Position numbers and translations under genes: made by a program. From Pseudogymnoascus verrucosus (Eukaryota): a stretch of 64,000 nt of DNA. This document shows positions 37,440-51,260 of the stretch, piece after piece. The notes below the pieces were generated by a model. That model did no database searches. It was not told the DNA's origin and saw only the letters and a program-made list of their open reading frames with translations. Within the stretch, counting starts at the first letter, position 1. Each line of letters begins with the position of its first letter. Where the stretch lies: the NCBI GenBank assembly GCA_001662655.1, contig KV460240.1. One strand, 5' to 3'.

Positions 37440-40400
37440 ATGCCTGCAGATATACGGAACTTTTTTGGTGGTAAGGGAGCCGTCCCAGCCCCAAAGAAGG
37501 AGAAGGTCAGTAGCATTTCTATGTTATTATAGTCTATCTGTGTCAGTGCTTGCGACGGGACTTGCTTTCTCGGCGTAATTGCAATTATATGGCGCCGTCA
37601 TATCTCTTTGAGCGTATTGTGCACGGAATCGGATCGTATTCAACTAACATCATCCACAGGCTGAAGCTCCCAGTTCACGACGGAAGCAAACCCGTAAAAT
37701 TATAGACGAAAGCGATGGAGACGAAAATGAAGTAAAGAAGATTGCCACTCCAAAGAAAGCTGTGCCAAAAAAGCCCTCGGATAAGACCTCATCGAAAGGC
37801 GAAGAGACCACCACTAGTGATTATTTCGCGTCGTCGCGTGGATCGAAGAAGATCGCAAAAAGCACACCAGATCCAATGAAACTGACGGCATTATCTCCAC
37901 GCCCAAAGACAAAGTTATCAACTACAAACTTCGAGGAGCAAAAACCGCTAAAGGGCAAGCCGCAAGGAAAGGTCTACAAGAACGCGGACGACGACGACAG
38001 AGGGGCATACGTGGATATTGACGACCCCGATGCAGGAGATGATATTTTCGCTGCAGCAGTGAATACTGGTGGGAGGCGGAAAGAGGAAGATGATTACATG
38101 GAGATTGATGGCGACTCCGAGGATGATGTGGTTGTTACCAAGGCGTCCAAGAACAGCAAGCCTGCACCAAGAAGTAGGAAGCGGAAGTCAGCATCGCTAG
38201 ACCCGGATGACTCTGACGAGTTCGACGCACCTAAGAAAGGATCGAAAATTAATGATGAGAAGAAGCCACCTGCAAAAAAACCTCGGGCTGCACCAAAGAA
38301 AGAAGTTATTCCCGAGAGCGCGGAGATGCAAGCAGTACTTGACAGTATTCCAACCGTGGAAGCTCCACCTCCCCCATCGAAAAGTGCAGATGGCGAGAAA
38401 TTCAATTGGAGGAAGGCCGCCGCTGGCGGAGGTAATGCGGGCCCACCTCCAGGAGCTGGCTCAAAGGAGTTGCCGGTGGGAGCGGATAATTGTCTGGCTG
38501 GACTGACTTTCGTTTTCACTGGCCTTCTCGAGACAATTTCTCGCGAAGAGGGACAGGAGCTAGTCAAAAAATATGGTGGAAAGGTCACTGGAGCACCCAG
38601 TGGAAAAACGAGCTATGTTGTTCTTGGGTCGGATGCTGGCCCAAGTAAACTGGAGAAGATTGCAAACCTTAAAATAAAGACAATCAATGAAGATGGGCTC
38701 TTCGCTCTGGTTCGTGCCACCTCAGAGCACTTGACGCAAACTGGAGGCACAACACGAGCAGCTGAAAAGGCACTGGAAAAACAGAAAGAAGCCGAAAAGA
38801 AGATGAAAATTGAAGCAGAAGAAGAGGAGAGGCAGGAACGTATAAGAGCAGCTGAAGCTGAAAAGGCTGCACGCAAAGCTGCTGAATCGCGGGGACTTGC
38901 TCCACCTGCGAATAAAAATCTTGCAAACTCTCAGTTATGGACTGTTAAATACGCGCCTTCTAAGATGAATCAAATATGCGGCAACAAAGGCCAGGTCGAT
39001 AAAATCCAGACTTGGTTACAAGGCTGGCCTAAAGCTCACAAACTTGGTTTTCAATTGCCCGGCAAAGACGGCCTTGGTATATATAGGTCAATTGTTATCT
39101 ACGGCCCTCCCGGAATTGGAAAAACTACAGCCGCTCACCTTGCATCCAAACTCGAGGGATACGACGTTATAGAGAGCAACGCCAGCGATACAAGGAGCAA
39201 GAAGCTCGTAGAGTCCGGTTTGCAGGATGTACTCAATAACAACTCCTTGCTGGGCTTCTTTGCAGGACATGATGCGCCGGTGGACTCTAAAAAGAAGAAA
39301 ATCGTGCTTATCATGGACGAGGTAGATGGAATGTCTGCCGGTGACCGTGGTGGAGTAGGCGCACTTGCTAAGATATGCAAGAAGACCGACATTCCCATCA
39401 TTCTCATATGCAATGAGTTCAGAATACCGAAGATGAATCCATTCCGTCACGTAGTGGCCGAAGTCCCGTTCAGACGGCCTACGGTCGACCAGGTCCGGTC
39501 TCGTGTCGCGACCATCTGCCACAGAGAAGGGCTGAAACTGTCCAGGGAGGCTATGGACGCACTGATCGAGGGAAGTAATAAGGACATAAGACAAGTCGTT
39601 AATATGCTATCCAGCGCCAAACTAGACCAGGCCGCCATGGATTTCGATCAAACCAAATCTATGTCGAAGCAATGGGAGAAGCACATCGTTTTAAAACCCT
39701 GGGACATCTGTCACAAGTTATTGGGGAGTGGTATGTTTGCACCTTCAAGCAAATCTACTCTCAACGACAAAATAGAACTCTACTTCAACGACCATGAGTT
39801 TAGCTACTTGATGATCCAGGAAAACTATCTGAGAACGAGGCCTCTAATGCCCCCAAACCAAAACTTGTCGCCGAGAGAACAGAGATTGAAAACTCTAGAA
39901 CTAGCAGACAAGGCAGCTGAAAGTATTAGTGATGGTGACCTTGTTGATCGAATGATCCACGGCTCTCAGCAACAGTGGAGCTTGATGCCTGTACATGCCG
40001 TGTTCAGTTCAGTTCGACCTGCGAGCTTTATGTCAGGCGCCGTAACCGGGGAAATGCCGTTCACAACCTGGCTTGGGAACAATAGCAAGCATGGCAAACT
40101 CAGCCGTTTTGTTAAGGAAATCCAGTCCCACATGCGCCTTCGGACTTCAGGAGACAGGCATGAGATTCGGCAACAATACCTGCCCACGCTCTGGACTCAG
40201 CTTATCAAACGGCTAGAGACAGAGGGCAAAGATTCGGTTGACGACGTTATCGATTTGATGGACAGCTATTTCCTAACACGAGACGATTTTGATGCTATTA
40301 TGGAACTCGGGGTTGGACCTCAACGACAGGAATTGGTAACGTTGGAGACTCAGACAAAGTCAACGTTTACTAGACTGTAAGCTATATTACATCACGTCTC

Positions 40401-40797
40401 TTACATACTTGAAGTTGTTTACTAACTTGGCTTGAATAGATACAATAGCCGCACGCACCCAATGCCTTTCATGAAAGCTAGTAATGTGGTTGCTCCTGCT
40501 AAGGCCACCAAGGAGATGCCGGACCTAGAAGAGGCCATCGAGGAGAGCGACAGTGGCGAAGTTCTAGTTGAGACTCCAGACGACAACGAGGACGAGGACA
40601 TGGATATTTCGAAAGATAAATATATCAAGAAACCAAAAGCCAGGAAGGCAGTAGGGAAGAAGCCAGCAGGGAAGAAATCTAAGAAAAATGACTGCGCTGA
40701 CGGGAATGAAGATGACTCCCAAGATGAAGTCAAGCCCAAAAAACCCCGAACCAGCAAGCCCAAAGCCACTGGTGCCAAAACAAAGGCGAGAAAGTAG
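37440..40797 (+). CDS. RFC1: Replication factor C large subunit
   Basis: MPADIRNFF, BRCT (GLTFVFTGLL), WTVKYAP, GPPGIGKTT, MDEVDGMS. Introns 37506-37659 and 40377-40439. Confidence 0.96.
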
Positions 40798-41184
40798 TGA
40801 AGAGGCTGTTATTTGTGATGAGCCCGGTGGACTAGTTACTTGTTATACAATCAGCGATAATACCGCTTTAGGAATGGAAGTGCCATCCCCAAATTCTTCA
40901 ACGCTACATAGCACAGCGATGTACCCGTGTTTGTTCTTTATGATATAAAGTGTGAATTAATGTGCATGAACTGTTGATATTGTTGCTTTTCGTTGTATGA
41001 GTTCATATTCGAACTTGATCGATGGAGGATAATTCCACTGGATTGCCTGAGAAAGTGCCTTTCAACTATAGCTCTTTATTCTACAGCTCGCCTCCATTTC
41101 TAGCGGGGCCAACCAACCCGTTTGTCATCTACTCTAAGGAATATGGTTTGACCCTTTAGCTCACACATTACTTTCAATCACAGC

Positions 41185-41352
41185 TTACTACCATATTGCC
41201 TTCAGCCAAAACTTATGTCCGCTTCGCCTTTCACCAGAGCTCACTTCCATCTAGCCTTCAACCACAGTTGACTTCCATATTGTCTTCAGTTACAGTTGAC
41301 TTCCATATCGCCTTCATCTGCAGTTAACTTCCATATCGCCTTTGCCTGTAGA
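41185..41352. repeat. 28-bp minisatellite, about 6 degenerate copies
   Basis: Units start at 41185, 41213, 41241, 41269, 41297, 41325; core ACTTCCATATYGCCTTCA. Confidence 0.8.
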
Positions 41353-41361
41353 GTAGCGACC

Positions 41362-43215
41362 ATGGCGTTAATAACCCGGAGAAAACCAAGCAACTGTATG
41401 TATAGAGAATATATTGGCTGTGAAGGTTCTACTCCACGTGGACTCGGATTTATCATACCAGCAGAAGAAACATTACTGGAGGGTGGCTCCCGTCTCGAAC
41501 ACCCCCCTCCTGGACAGTATGATAGCCCGCAAGTTGGGTCCTTCAGTCAGGAAGAAAACTCGCCTTACTTGATGCCAGAATCGGGGACGCAGCAAACTCT
41601 GACAAAGACTATGCTGGATGCATACGCACTCATGCGTGGACGCCTGGGCCGAGGAGAACGGGGACCGCTTTATCAGGAAGGGTTTAACTACAGGCCATGG
41701 GAACTAAGGCCGGAAGACGACAACCCAAAACTTAGCCCAACAATCCCTTGGGAAACTTAGTAAGGAGATCTGTGAGATACAAACAACAATTCTGAATTAA
41801 CATAAACCAGTGACCATGAAGACAAGGAGGCCAAGAGACCGCAGGAAGCTCCAACTCCAGACCTTGAGGGTGCCAGAGAACCAAGGGTGAGAACCTTCTC
41901 TGAGAGACTGAGCCAAATTGGGTACGTGAAGATCAATGGTCAGGTCGCAGACCCGGATTGTAAGACAGACATCCTAAATGCCCTCAACGGAGTCAACGGT
42001 TACTCACCTCGAGTGCCGGGCTTCCATGATCCTCTCATATCGAATGTTATGAACAATATGGAATTGGAGGAATACTACACTCACTTCCTTCTAGATGTTG
42101 ATAATAACGAGGATCCCGAGCGAGACAACGAAGGAAACCCGTTGGATAACCGCATCAGCCCAGCCACATTTATGAAATGGGCAGCTGGAGCACAACAGAA
42201 GGGGAGACTCAACATAGCCGAAATCGAAGGGGAAGTTGTGGAACGGGCTAGACAGGAAGAGCTGAAGGGAGCAAAGCCGCCAGGAAACCATAGGCCGTTG
42301 GTATGGTCTGCCTTGAAGCCGCAATTCGATCAAGAATTTGGTGGTACGATTTCCCCGGCATATTCAGTCGATGAGTATCCTAGCCCACTGATGTCATCAC
42401 GAGGTAAGCTGCTAGACTTGTGGATACTCGTGCCGCTCAAAAGTCCTGGGAGAGGCTGTGCGCAGCAGTAGTGTTGACAGCAACTATGATAAATCCAAAG
42501 TGATAAACTACATTGGATTAAGTTGCTGGCATCGACGCTGGGCTATACACAGTCCTTCCACAGACTTTGGGCGGCACGAGTATTTGGAGAAGGAACACAA
42601 CTGACATCAGTGCAGGGGTTAACTTGACCAACGTACCCGGCATGTTCTATCATATGTTGCCAGAGTTCAATGTAGTGCTTGCTCGCGAAGCATTTCATGA
42701 TGGCGGCATTGACCTATCTACAAAGGCATCGCCAGAAACAGAAATTACCACAGATGTGAGTGGGCACTATGAATATTAACATCAAATCGACTAATCCAGG
42801 CCAGTAGCAACTAGCAGACGCTCTTGGGGACGGGAACAGGGAGCTCGGAATGCATAGAATCGATGTCATCCAGATGGAGTTCCAGAATCTCCTGGCAGAG
42901 CGGGATGTCGAGGTGGGGAAGGCGACGGAAAAGATGTTGCAATTGAACTCAGCAAGGGATACAATCACTCGGTTGGGGGAGATGATTTGCGCTCGACGCT
43001 ATGAGATGACCATTCCGAAACGTCGTGCTCGGGCGGATCAGTTACTGGGCGAGTGGAGAGAGCACCTCCGCCAACAGACCGCGAGAGCTGTGAATATGGC
43101 CAAAGCATGGGGGGATGAGCTCGACGAACTGCGTGATGTCAATGCTAAACTCGTTAGCGAACTACAAGACCTCGATCAGAATTCGGAGAACGACGAAAGA
43201 TCGGCCGTGGTCTGA
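41362..43215 (+). CDS. Hypothetical multi-exon protein with a C-terminal coiled coil
   Basis: Four same-strand ORFs join in frame through introns 41760-41810, 42404-~42522 (weak acceptor) and 42756-42807. No recognisable domain. Confidence 0.55.
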
Positions 43216-43665
43216 AATTTTGGTCCTTGTTCTGGCTGAGATTCTGGACGAGAGCAGGTACACACGAAGGAGGCACAAGAGGGAATATTTGGATATGGAA
43301 TACTGACTAGCCCTCGTGGGACATCGTTGGGATTTGGTACCAGCAGCGGCTATTCGTTTTTGGGCAAAAAAGGAAGTTGTCACCAAAGTTCTCATTGGGC
43401 CTCAATACCGTCTAGTATTTTATGCTTCTATTATGACGGGGCGGATTCCGCAAACTTGTCATACCCCTTTAGGTTCATTGTACAATAATAAAACATGCCG
43501 TCCCACCAATTGATCCGAGTCCAACGCACTCCTTGGATGCCGCTAAGAGGGGAGGGATATATATACATTCATAAGAAAACGCCATCCATCATTCCAAGCC
43601 TGATATACAATAAAAGTACACTCCAGATGGCGTTAAAGAGTTTGTTGGGTTACTGGGCTCCGCGC

Positions 43666-44431
43666 TCAGGTGTTTCTCACGACCCCGACTTGTGCGGCAC
43701 GCATGGTGCGGCCGTTCAACTTCCATCCCTTACGTTGAGTCAACAACACGGTGTTATCCTCCTTTCCAGCCATTGGCGACATAAACATCGCCTCCATGAA
43801 GTTGGGGTCGAACTTCTCCTCCACCGCCGGGTTGATGCGCTCAAGTCCGTGCTTAAGAAGTGTCTGCATCATAATACCCTCGGTCATCTTCAGGCCATCG
43901 TAAAGGCTGATTAAATCGTTCACGTGCTCGTTCTTTTCGATCGGAGATAGCTTCTCTTCTGGAACCATCGTCAGAGCTCTGTCCAGGTTGTCGACACTCT
44001 CGACTAAATCCTTGGCGAACTTTTGGATGGCGAAGTCCTTTGCGGACTGGATCTCTCGCTTTGTGCGCTCTTGGAGGTTGCGGTAATCGGCGACAGATCT
44101 CAGGTATTTATCCTACGGAAAAATGGTTAGCAAATTCACTAGGTGAAGAGAACGCGGAGGCGAACAGCCTGTAGCGACATACCTTGAGCTCTACAATCTC
44201 CTTGTTTTTGGCCTCAAGATCTTTTGCGGCGGCATCCTCTGGTGCTGCAGCGCCCTCTTCAGCTGCCTTACTGGCCTCTCCGTTGGTTGCGTAGCATCTC
44301 GCGGATAGTGCTAACCGTGGGCTTTGCGCAACATACTGCGAGGACCTAATTAAGGATCCTGCAAGAAACGGCTTCGGTGCCGTCCGCACTGCTGTCGACC
44401 TGACTTGTTGGAGGAGAATTCGTTGAATCAT
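43666..44431 (-). CDS. MGE1: Mitochondrial GrpE nucleotide-exchange factor
   Basis: ADYRNLQER..FAIQKFAKDL..KFDPNFMEA..GWKLNGRTMRAAQVGV. Intron 44182-44113. Confidence 0.95.
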
Positions 44432-44780
44432 GGTTGTTTTTGGTTATGTTTTGAATGATGAAGGTGCTTTCTGGAATTTATTCGCGGCCATGATGGACAG
44501 AAACTAATTAGCGGTCTTGGCGTGGAATGGCATGGCAGGGGGTTATGTAAACCGAGGAAATGCCGAGTCCCGTGAGTTTGTTGGCGTTACGTTATGTTCG
44601 ACATGAGTCGCAAAAAATGAACTTGGCAATATTAACAAATAATAAACAAATTATTAATGTATACAATGTAAGATTACTTGTACATGATATTGATTACATT
44701 TATTTATTTTACAAGGTAAGGGGGCAAAATATGCTTTGCTCTCCCCCTATTTTGTCTTGGTATCGATAGGAGAGTTTCAA

Positions 44781-46335
44781 CTACCTCAGCTCAACTCCAA
44801 ACCTCTCCACCAGCTCCTTTCTAACCCGATCATGGTACTTGTTGGCCTCGTCGTTTGTCAATGTCCTCTCCAGGCTCCTGTAATTGATCCTGTAACATAG
44901 ACTCTTCCTTCCTGTTTTAGGATGGGTGAACTCATCGATAGCCTTGACGTCTTCCACTGTATCACCTGCAATATCTCTCAAAATTTCCATCATATCATTC
45001 TCGTGGAAATCTTGGCTGTTCATTTTTGTCCCGCCGCCTGCAGCAGATGAAGTAGATCGCAGCCAGAATGCTACATCTTTATAGCAAGCTGGATGTTTAG
45101 AAAACGGAACGAATCTCTTCATGAGTGTTAGATCATCCGTGACCCCCTTGAACTGTCCGAGAAATCTCTCGTCTCTCGACCAGAACAACCGAATATCAGG
45201 GATCTCAAATAGAAGCATCGCTATCCGTTCGAGTCCGATGCCGAACGCCCATCCGAGTTGATCAGGCACGCCTGAGTTTGTGAAGATCTTCTGGTTGATG
45301 ACGCCCGAGCCAAGAACCTCCAACCAGTCACCCTGCCAGAAAACCTCAAGTTCCCATGAAGGACTCGTAAATGGAAAGAAAGCCTCTACCCAACGGATTC
45401 TGAGCGGTTCCGCCGTTGAGACAGCATCAGCGTTTCCGCTGGATGCTCTTGCCCGAGAGAAAATCTCCGCAACCATCAACTCCAACGATCTCTTCAAATG
45501 AGCAGAGATGGCCTCCGACTCGGCGGCGCTGTGAGGAGCTTGTAAAGGATTCCTCTCTGCGTGATGGGGCGGGTTTGGATCTTCGACTTTCATGTCGTGT
45601 GTGGGTAGTTTTGCAATATCTTCCCAAACTGCTTTGGCTATGTCACCTCCCGGAACCTTTGTCCTATCCCACATGCGGGCACCTTCCATTTGGTGGAAAA
45701 TCGGATAATGGCTGCGATCGATCGCATCTCGTCTGTACACATCCGCACTTACGAGAAACCCTTCGCTTTCATTCCGGCGAAAGGTATCTGCTTGGTGCGC
45801 GCTGGTGTGGGTACGCAACACGGTATCTTTGTTGACATAGTAAGTGTCCGTCCTGCTCCGGCCTGGATGGTCTTGGGCGAATTCGAGCGAATCGAAGTTT
45901 TGGTGTGTCGTTACGACTGGAAAGAGATTGTTATGGTATTTGTAGGTAGGAGCAGGAAATACCGATTCGATTATTTGGCGGGTTATGGAGATAGGGTGGT
46001 CCTTTTGCAGGTGCAGCTGGCGCCCAACCGCGGTATTGATTGTCGATGGGACATTGTGCCACTCGTCTGTTTGGTATTTCTTTCCGCCAATTTCAACGGT
46101 TGCAGGTATTTTGGGGGCTTGTGGGAGTGGGGTAGGTGCTGCATCTAGAAGTAAAGCCAATTAGTATATTGAAGTCAAGGCAGACAGAGGAATAAAATAT
46201 ACCAGTTGCGATGCGCCTACGCCCCAAACACACATTGGCACTAGATCTACTTGCTGTGGCTCCCAGCCCTATGAGAATGGATAGCACATCACTGCCGGCA
46301 CGTATTGGCGACCTGGTTACCGAATTAGGCCGCAT
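44781..46335 (-). CDS. MSF1: Mitochondrial phenylalanyl-tRNA synthetase
   Basis: LRTHTSAHQ, YRRDAIDRSHYPIFHQMEG, FPFTSPSWE, AFGIGLERIAM and a C-terminal FDX-ACB domain. Intron 46202-46145. Confidence 0.95.
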
Positions 46336-46688
46336 GGCTTGACCTTCAACAGACCATGAACGTCCAATCACTACGAGTATTGTCTGGAGGATAGGTATAA
46401 CAATATAATATCTACGATTGACGTTTCTACGTTATCGCGATAACGTTTATCCGAGACCGGCCTTGAATTAATTTAGGGGACCCGAGAGCCGATCGGAAAT
46501 ATTAAGCCGAGCGAGACGGAGGATTGGCGGTGCCTTGACTGACGTAGTGTGGCTGATTTCGAATCTGAAAATATTCGAGATTTGCTACTGCGAACTCTAT
46601 ATAGGGATGATACGGAGAGGACTACTGTTTTCACCCCCACACCGATTAGAGAAATATACGGAATGCCTCGCGTGAATCAATTGGCAGT

Positions 46689-47754
46689 ATGACGTCCTCC
46701 AAGGCAAACCAGGCGAAGCAAGAGCTGTCGCGGAAGCAGGCGTGGGATAGAGCCCATATTCGCTACCCATTCTGGTTTGGAGGCAGCGCGAGTTGTTTCG
46801 CCGCATGTGTAACTCATCCACTGGATCTTGGTAAGTTGACCTGGAATTGTTTATATATATTTATGTGCTAATTTCTCGATAGTTAAGGTATGTCATATGC
46901 GACGTTAATGCGCGAAACTCAGAACCTCAGTCTTCGGAAACCCCCCAATCTAACTCCAAGTCAAGGTCCGCCTCCAAACTCGCAGCGCCAATGCCCCAAC
47001 TACCATGATAGCGACGTTTAGCCACGTCGTAAAAAGTGATGGTTTCCCAGGACTTTACCGCGGTCTATCAGCATCCCTCCTCCGACAAATCACCTACTCA
47101 ACAACCCGTTTCGGCGTTTACGAGGAGCTTAAGGCCGCCGCTACAACCCCAACATCGACGCCCTCCTTCCCTGTACTATTAGCCATCGCCTCTGCTTCTG
47201 GATTCCTTGGTGGCTTTGCAGGAAACCCTGCCGATGTCCTGAACGTTCGCATGCAGCACGACGCGGCACTCCCACCTGCTGAGCGCAGAAACTACAAAAA
47301 CGCCATCGACGGCCTGGTCCGGATGACCCGCGAAGAAGGATGGAAATCCCTATTCCGCGGCGTCTGGCCCAACAGCATGCGTGCTGTTCTCATGACAGCA
47401 TCGCAACTCGCCTCATACGACGCTTTCAAGCAAGCCTTGATTGTGCATACCCCTCTTACGGATAACCTGACCACGCATTTCACAGCGTCCTTTATGGCTG
47501 GTTTCGTGGCCACGACGGTGTGCTCTCCGGTGGATGTGATCAAGACCCGTATTATGTCATCGACCGAGAGTAAGGGCGTGGGGAAGCTGCTGAAGGATGT
47601 GTGTAAGGCTGAGGGAGTCAAGTGGATGTTCCGCGGGTGGGTCCCAAGTTTTATACGTCTGGGCCCACATACTATTGCGACGTTCTTGTTCTTGGAACAG
47701 CACAAGAAGATCTATCGAAAGGCCAAGGGGCTCGACGATGTGAACCTTGCATAA
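46689..47754 (+). CDS. DIC1: Mitochondrial dicarboxylate carrier
   Basis: YPFWFGGSASCFAACVTHPLDL-VK-VRLQ, GLSASLLRQITYSTTRFG and three PxDxxK/R repeats. Exons 46689-46830, 46883-46887, 46966-47754. Confidence 0.93.
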
Positions 47755-48242
47755 TGATGGTGGTGAAGAGAAAGGGTGGCCGCAGGCCACACTCCTGTAT
47801 TATTTACACAGATGGTTTGGCGTCGGGTCTGAAAGAGAGGCTTAGAGTTTAGTGGCCACACCACACGCATTGCATATATCGGCGTTAGTGTAGATTCTTT
47901 TGTATAGACATCAAGGGGCACTATATTAAACAGATATAGTAGACATGTTTCTTTAATAGACATCAAAATATGATATATTATGTGCCTATTGCTCCTAATC
48001 GACGTGCACTTAAAGTAGCACCTTGGATCCGCTTCATACGCGTCCAATAAATAACCTTTTTGACGCCCGCTGTCCATGCAATGAGTCTTGGAACTGTTGG
48101 TACAATGTAGTAAAGCGGCCTCTGGCCTGTTGCAGGCTCTCTGCAAAAGATGGCCCAGTTGAGGTTACTCTGCCCCCGTGGCTAATTACCCCTTTCTCTT
48201 AGCAGGTTACCAAATTGGTAGCAACTTCGCTACTGAACCTCA

Positions 48243-49394
48243 TCAGTCCCACCCACTCGGCGCTGCTGGCTGCCCATAGGGGGTCGCTCCATATGGAGTA
48301 GCAGCACCCTGCCCTCCCCATGCGCTCGCATTTCCTCCATTACCATACGGCGTCGTATAACCTGCATCACCCCAACCAGCGTTACCACCAGCAAATTCTG
48401 GGCTACGAGGTGCAAATGAGTCGCCTCCGTTCATTCCATTCTCCATGCCACCGCCATCACTCAATCCCGCGATAATAGTTGCCAGCTTCTGTTGAAGGAC
48501 CTTTATGCCTTCCTGGACAACGGCATCTGGCTCCAAATTCCCTGCGCTCTCGAGCTCGAAATAAAAGCTACCAGGTACGGCATCGTAATCGAAAGGCTCG
48601 CCTTCTTGAGCTGGCTCCTCCCAGTCGGCGTATTTAGATTTCGGCCTATATCTATGTTAGATTTTGCTACCTCATGGATCATCCCGTGCAGTGGCGGAAA
48701 CATACCACTCCTTAGCTGGATCCTCTTCGAACCAAAGATCCATATGGCGCAATTTGTTATGAGGATCATACTCGAATCCAACCGCGGCGGTTGGTGCCCA
48801 CTTTGCATGCTCTTTCGCAATTCCCTTCTTAGCAATGCACTTCATCTTCAGTTCTTGCCCCTTCCTGAGCTTGCATATCACTGGTCCATTGCCCCCCTCA
48901 TCCGTAAAGATAGGATTCCCCACCCAAGCATTAGCCTTGAGCGAGTCAACCACCAGGTCTCGGGCGTAAACTTTCATGATTTCGTCGCTGTCGCATTTCG
49001 CGTTGAGGAACAGAGTGACGCTGCATTGCTCGCAGTATTGCTCGCATTCGCAATCCCGAGAGTAATTCACATCTGCGACATTCTTCGAGTTGAGTGGGAT
49101 GAGGCCGAGACGGTGAGCTAAGAATTCATCGGCGAGGACAGAGGTATTTGCCTCCACTTCTACAAGATCGATGGCCATAGTGGGCACTTCCGCCAGGATG
49201 ACACGACGAAGGGAGTTGGCGAAGGACAGGTCAACGTTGGAGAGCTCGAAGTCCACCCTCAGATTATCGGCCTAGGTTTCCGAGTCAGCAGTTGCGGCGC
49301 AGATGGGGCGACAGCCAGCGGGGAGGATGCTTACGTCGGATATCTTGACCTGTGGTCCAACGGCCTCATCCAGATTCATGGGATCGTAATCCAT
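48243..49394 (-). CDS. RPB3: RNA polymerase II subunit 3
   Basis: [44 protein letters not shown]. Introns 49334-49272 and 48705-48646. Confidence 0.96.
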
Positions 49395-50513
49395 CTTGCC
49401 TGTGCGCGCGGGGGCTGGAGCAAAAGACTAAACGGGATGGTTGGAGCAAGTGAAGCTATGCAGAGTCGCAAGCCTACAAAGCCTCCGCCGACACCTGCGT
49501 CTTGCGACCACAAGGTTTGAAAGACGCGACAAGGGAAGCTGAGGGGTGGATCAGGGCCGCAGGTATGGGTGATGGAAGATCCGGTGGCTTTGCAACTGTG
49601 GCTGCCGCAGTCGTCGTCAGTTGCTGTCGTGTGGGGTGGGATAGTGGAGTCCTAATGGGTGTTGATATCGTGAAGAGTAATTATGAAGCTGCGCCGACTG
49701 AACAAGGGTGTGCACGATTTGATGGGGTGATCTCAGGCTCCGTGCTGACCCTTGTCTCGTGTGCAGTGGTTGTGCACGAATGCGCCGCAACGGATAGGCG
49801 TCTAGGTTGTGCCTAGCCTAGGCGCGTGCACGTTCCTTTGCACGTTAAATGTCACTGTCACGTGTTTAAATTCACTCTGCAGCACCTTTCACTCATACTA
49901 CTCTTTTTCAAAGAGATGATGATAGTACAGAGGAAGCGTAGAGCATACAAAAAATTAAGAACAAGTTGTCTTTCTACTTTCACATGTAATTAACTAGAGG
50001 TGTTCATTGTAAGACATAATTTTCTTTTACTACTACTGGATGCTGTACCTGTATCTGGTTGGTGTTAGTCCCGTGACTTGGCGCCGTGTACGAGTCTACC
50101 TTAGAGTATGGCGGGGGGCGCAGCAGCCCACCACAGGCCCATGACGCTTGCTTCGGTTTCGCTGTCGCCGACCACTTGCCACCGCCCCCGCCGTCCTCCT
50201 TGACTCGATCCTCAACAATTTGCTGCGGCTTCTTGGACTTCAGACACCGCCAAGCAGAGATTGGTTACCCAAAAGCCGTAAAGAAAGCCAAAACGGAAGG
50301 ACGGAGCGCTGACGGACCTCATCCACACACACCACCCTCGTATATATTCACTCTTCTTCGCCCACCTTCAGTCAACACCTTCAGAAATCGGATCTAAGAT
50401 CTAGACAACAGAAGCAAATCCCTACAAACAAACCACGAATAAACCATCATACCAGCCTGACTAGGACTACTACTCTCACCACACTATAACACAACATCTA
50501 CACTACAAGCACC

Positions 50514-51260
50514 ATGGCGACCCAGTCAAGTCCAGAGTCCTCGCGGGCATCCTCTCGCCCACGCACCCCTCTCAGCCTCGATATCTCCGCAGTCCCGGCT
50601 CTCCAGCAGCCTACTCCTCCATCCAACACCCTCATTATCACAAACCTGAACGACCTAGAAATATTCCGACCCGATAACCTCCAAACCATCAGAGACCTTA
50701 TCAACTCCTCAGCACCAATTCACTCTTGGGCACCTCTCAAATCCTTCCGCCGCATCATCGTATCCTTCTTTGAAGAGGAGTCAGCAATCCGCATAAGACA
50801 GATCCTCGATGGCGAGTCCATTATGGGCGAGAATGTGAGGGTGTATTTCGGCCAGCCAACATCCATAGAGGCAAAAGACGAACACCTACCCCTGCCGGAC
50901 GCAGGCAAGCTCTTCTTCATCTCTCCTCCGCCATCCCCACCACACGGCTGGGAGGTGAAGCTTGAAGACGCACCGAACAAGCAGGTCCACGCAGAGGATT
51001 TGGCAGAGGCGCTTGCAAAGCTACACCACAGACCGAACACTGATCTCCCATCATCTCCATTGAGTGAAACTGATGGCGAGGGCCGGAAACGAAGTGGCAG
51101 CACCACAATGATCTATCACCCGCAAGACCACGGCGATAGCCCTGCGTTGCCAGCCATCGCGGTTGAGGATTTCACCGACGAGCCTGAGTCGAGCAGTGAT
51201 ATGGATATCGATAGGCCGATTCTGGCCCACACTTCGAGACCGCCCGTCGAGCTGATGTAG
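50514..51260 (+). CDS. RCN1: Calcipressin (RCAN family calcineurin regulator)
   Basis: LKSFRRIIVSF, KLFFISPPPSPP, PxIxIT-like PAIAVE, C-terminal HTSRPP. Confidence 0.93.
   Translation: MATQSSPESSRASSRPRTPLSLDISAVPALQQPTPPSNTLIITNLNDLEIFRPDNLQTIRDLINSSAPIHSWAPLKSFRRIIVSFFEEESAIRIRQILDGESIMGENVRVYFGQPTSIEAKDEHLPLPDAGKLFFISPPPSPPHGWEVKLEDAPNKQVHAEDLAEALAKLHHRPNTDLPSSPLSETDGEGRKRSGSTTMIYHPQDHGDSPALPAIAVEDFTDEPESSSDMDIDRPILAHTSRPPVELM

Noticed and set aside
41185..41352. 28-bp repeats as a CRISPR-like array
   Set aside because: Head-to-tail degenerate units with no unique spacers, no cas genes, and a eukaryotic context.
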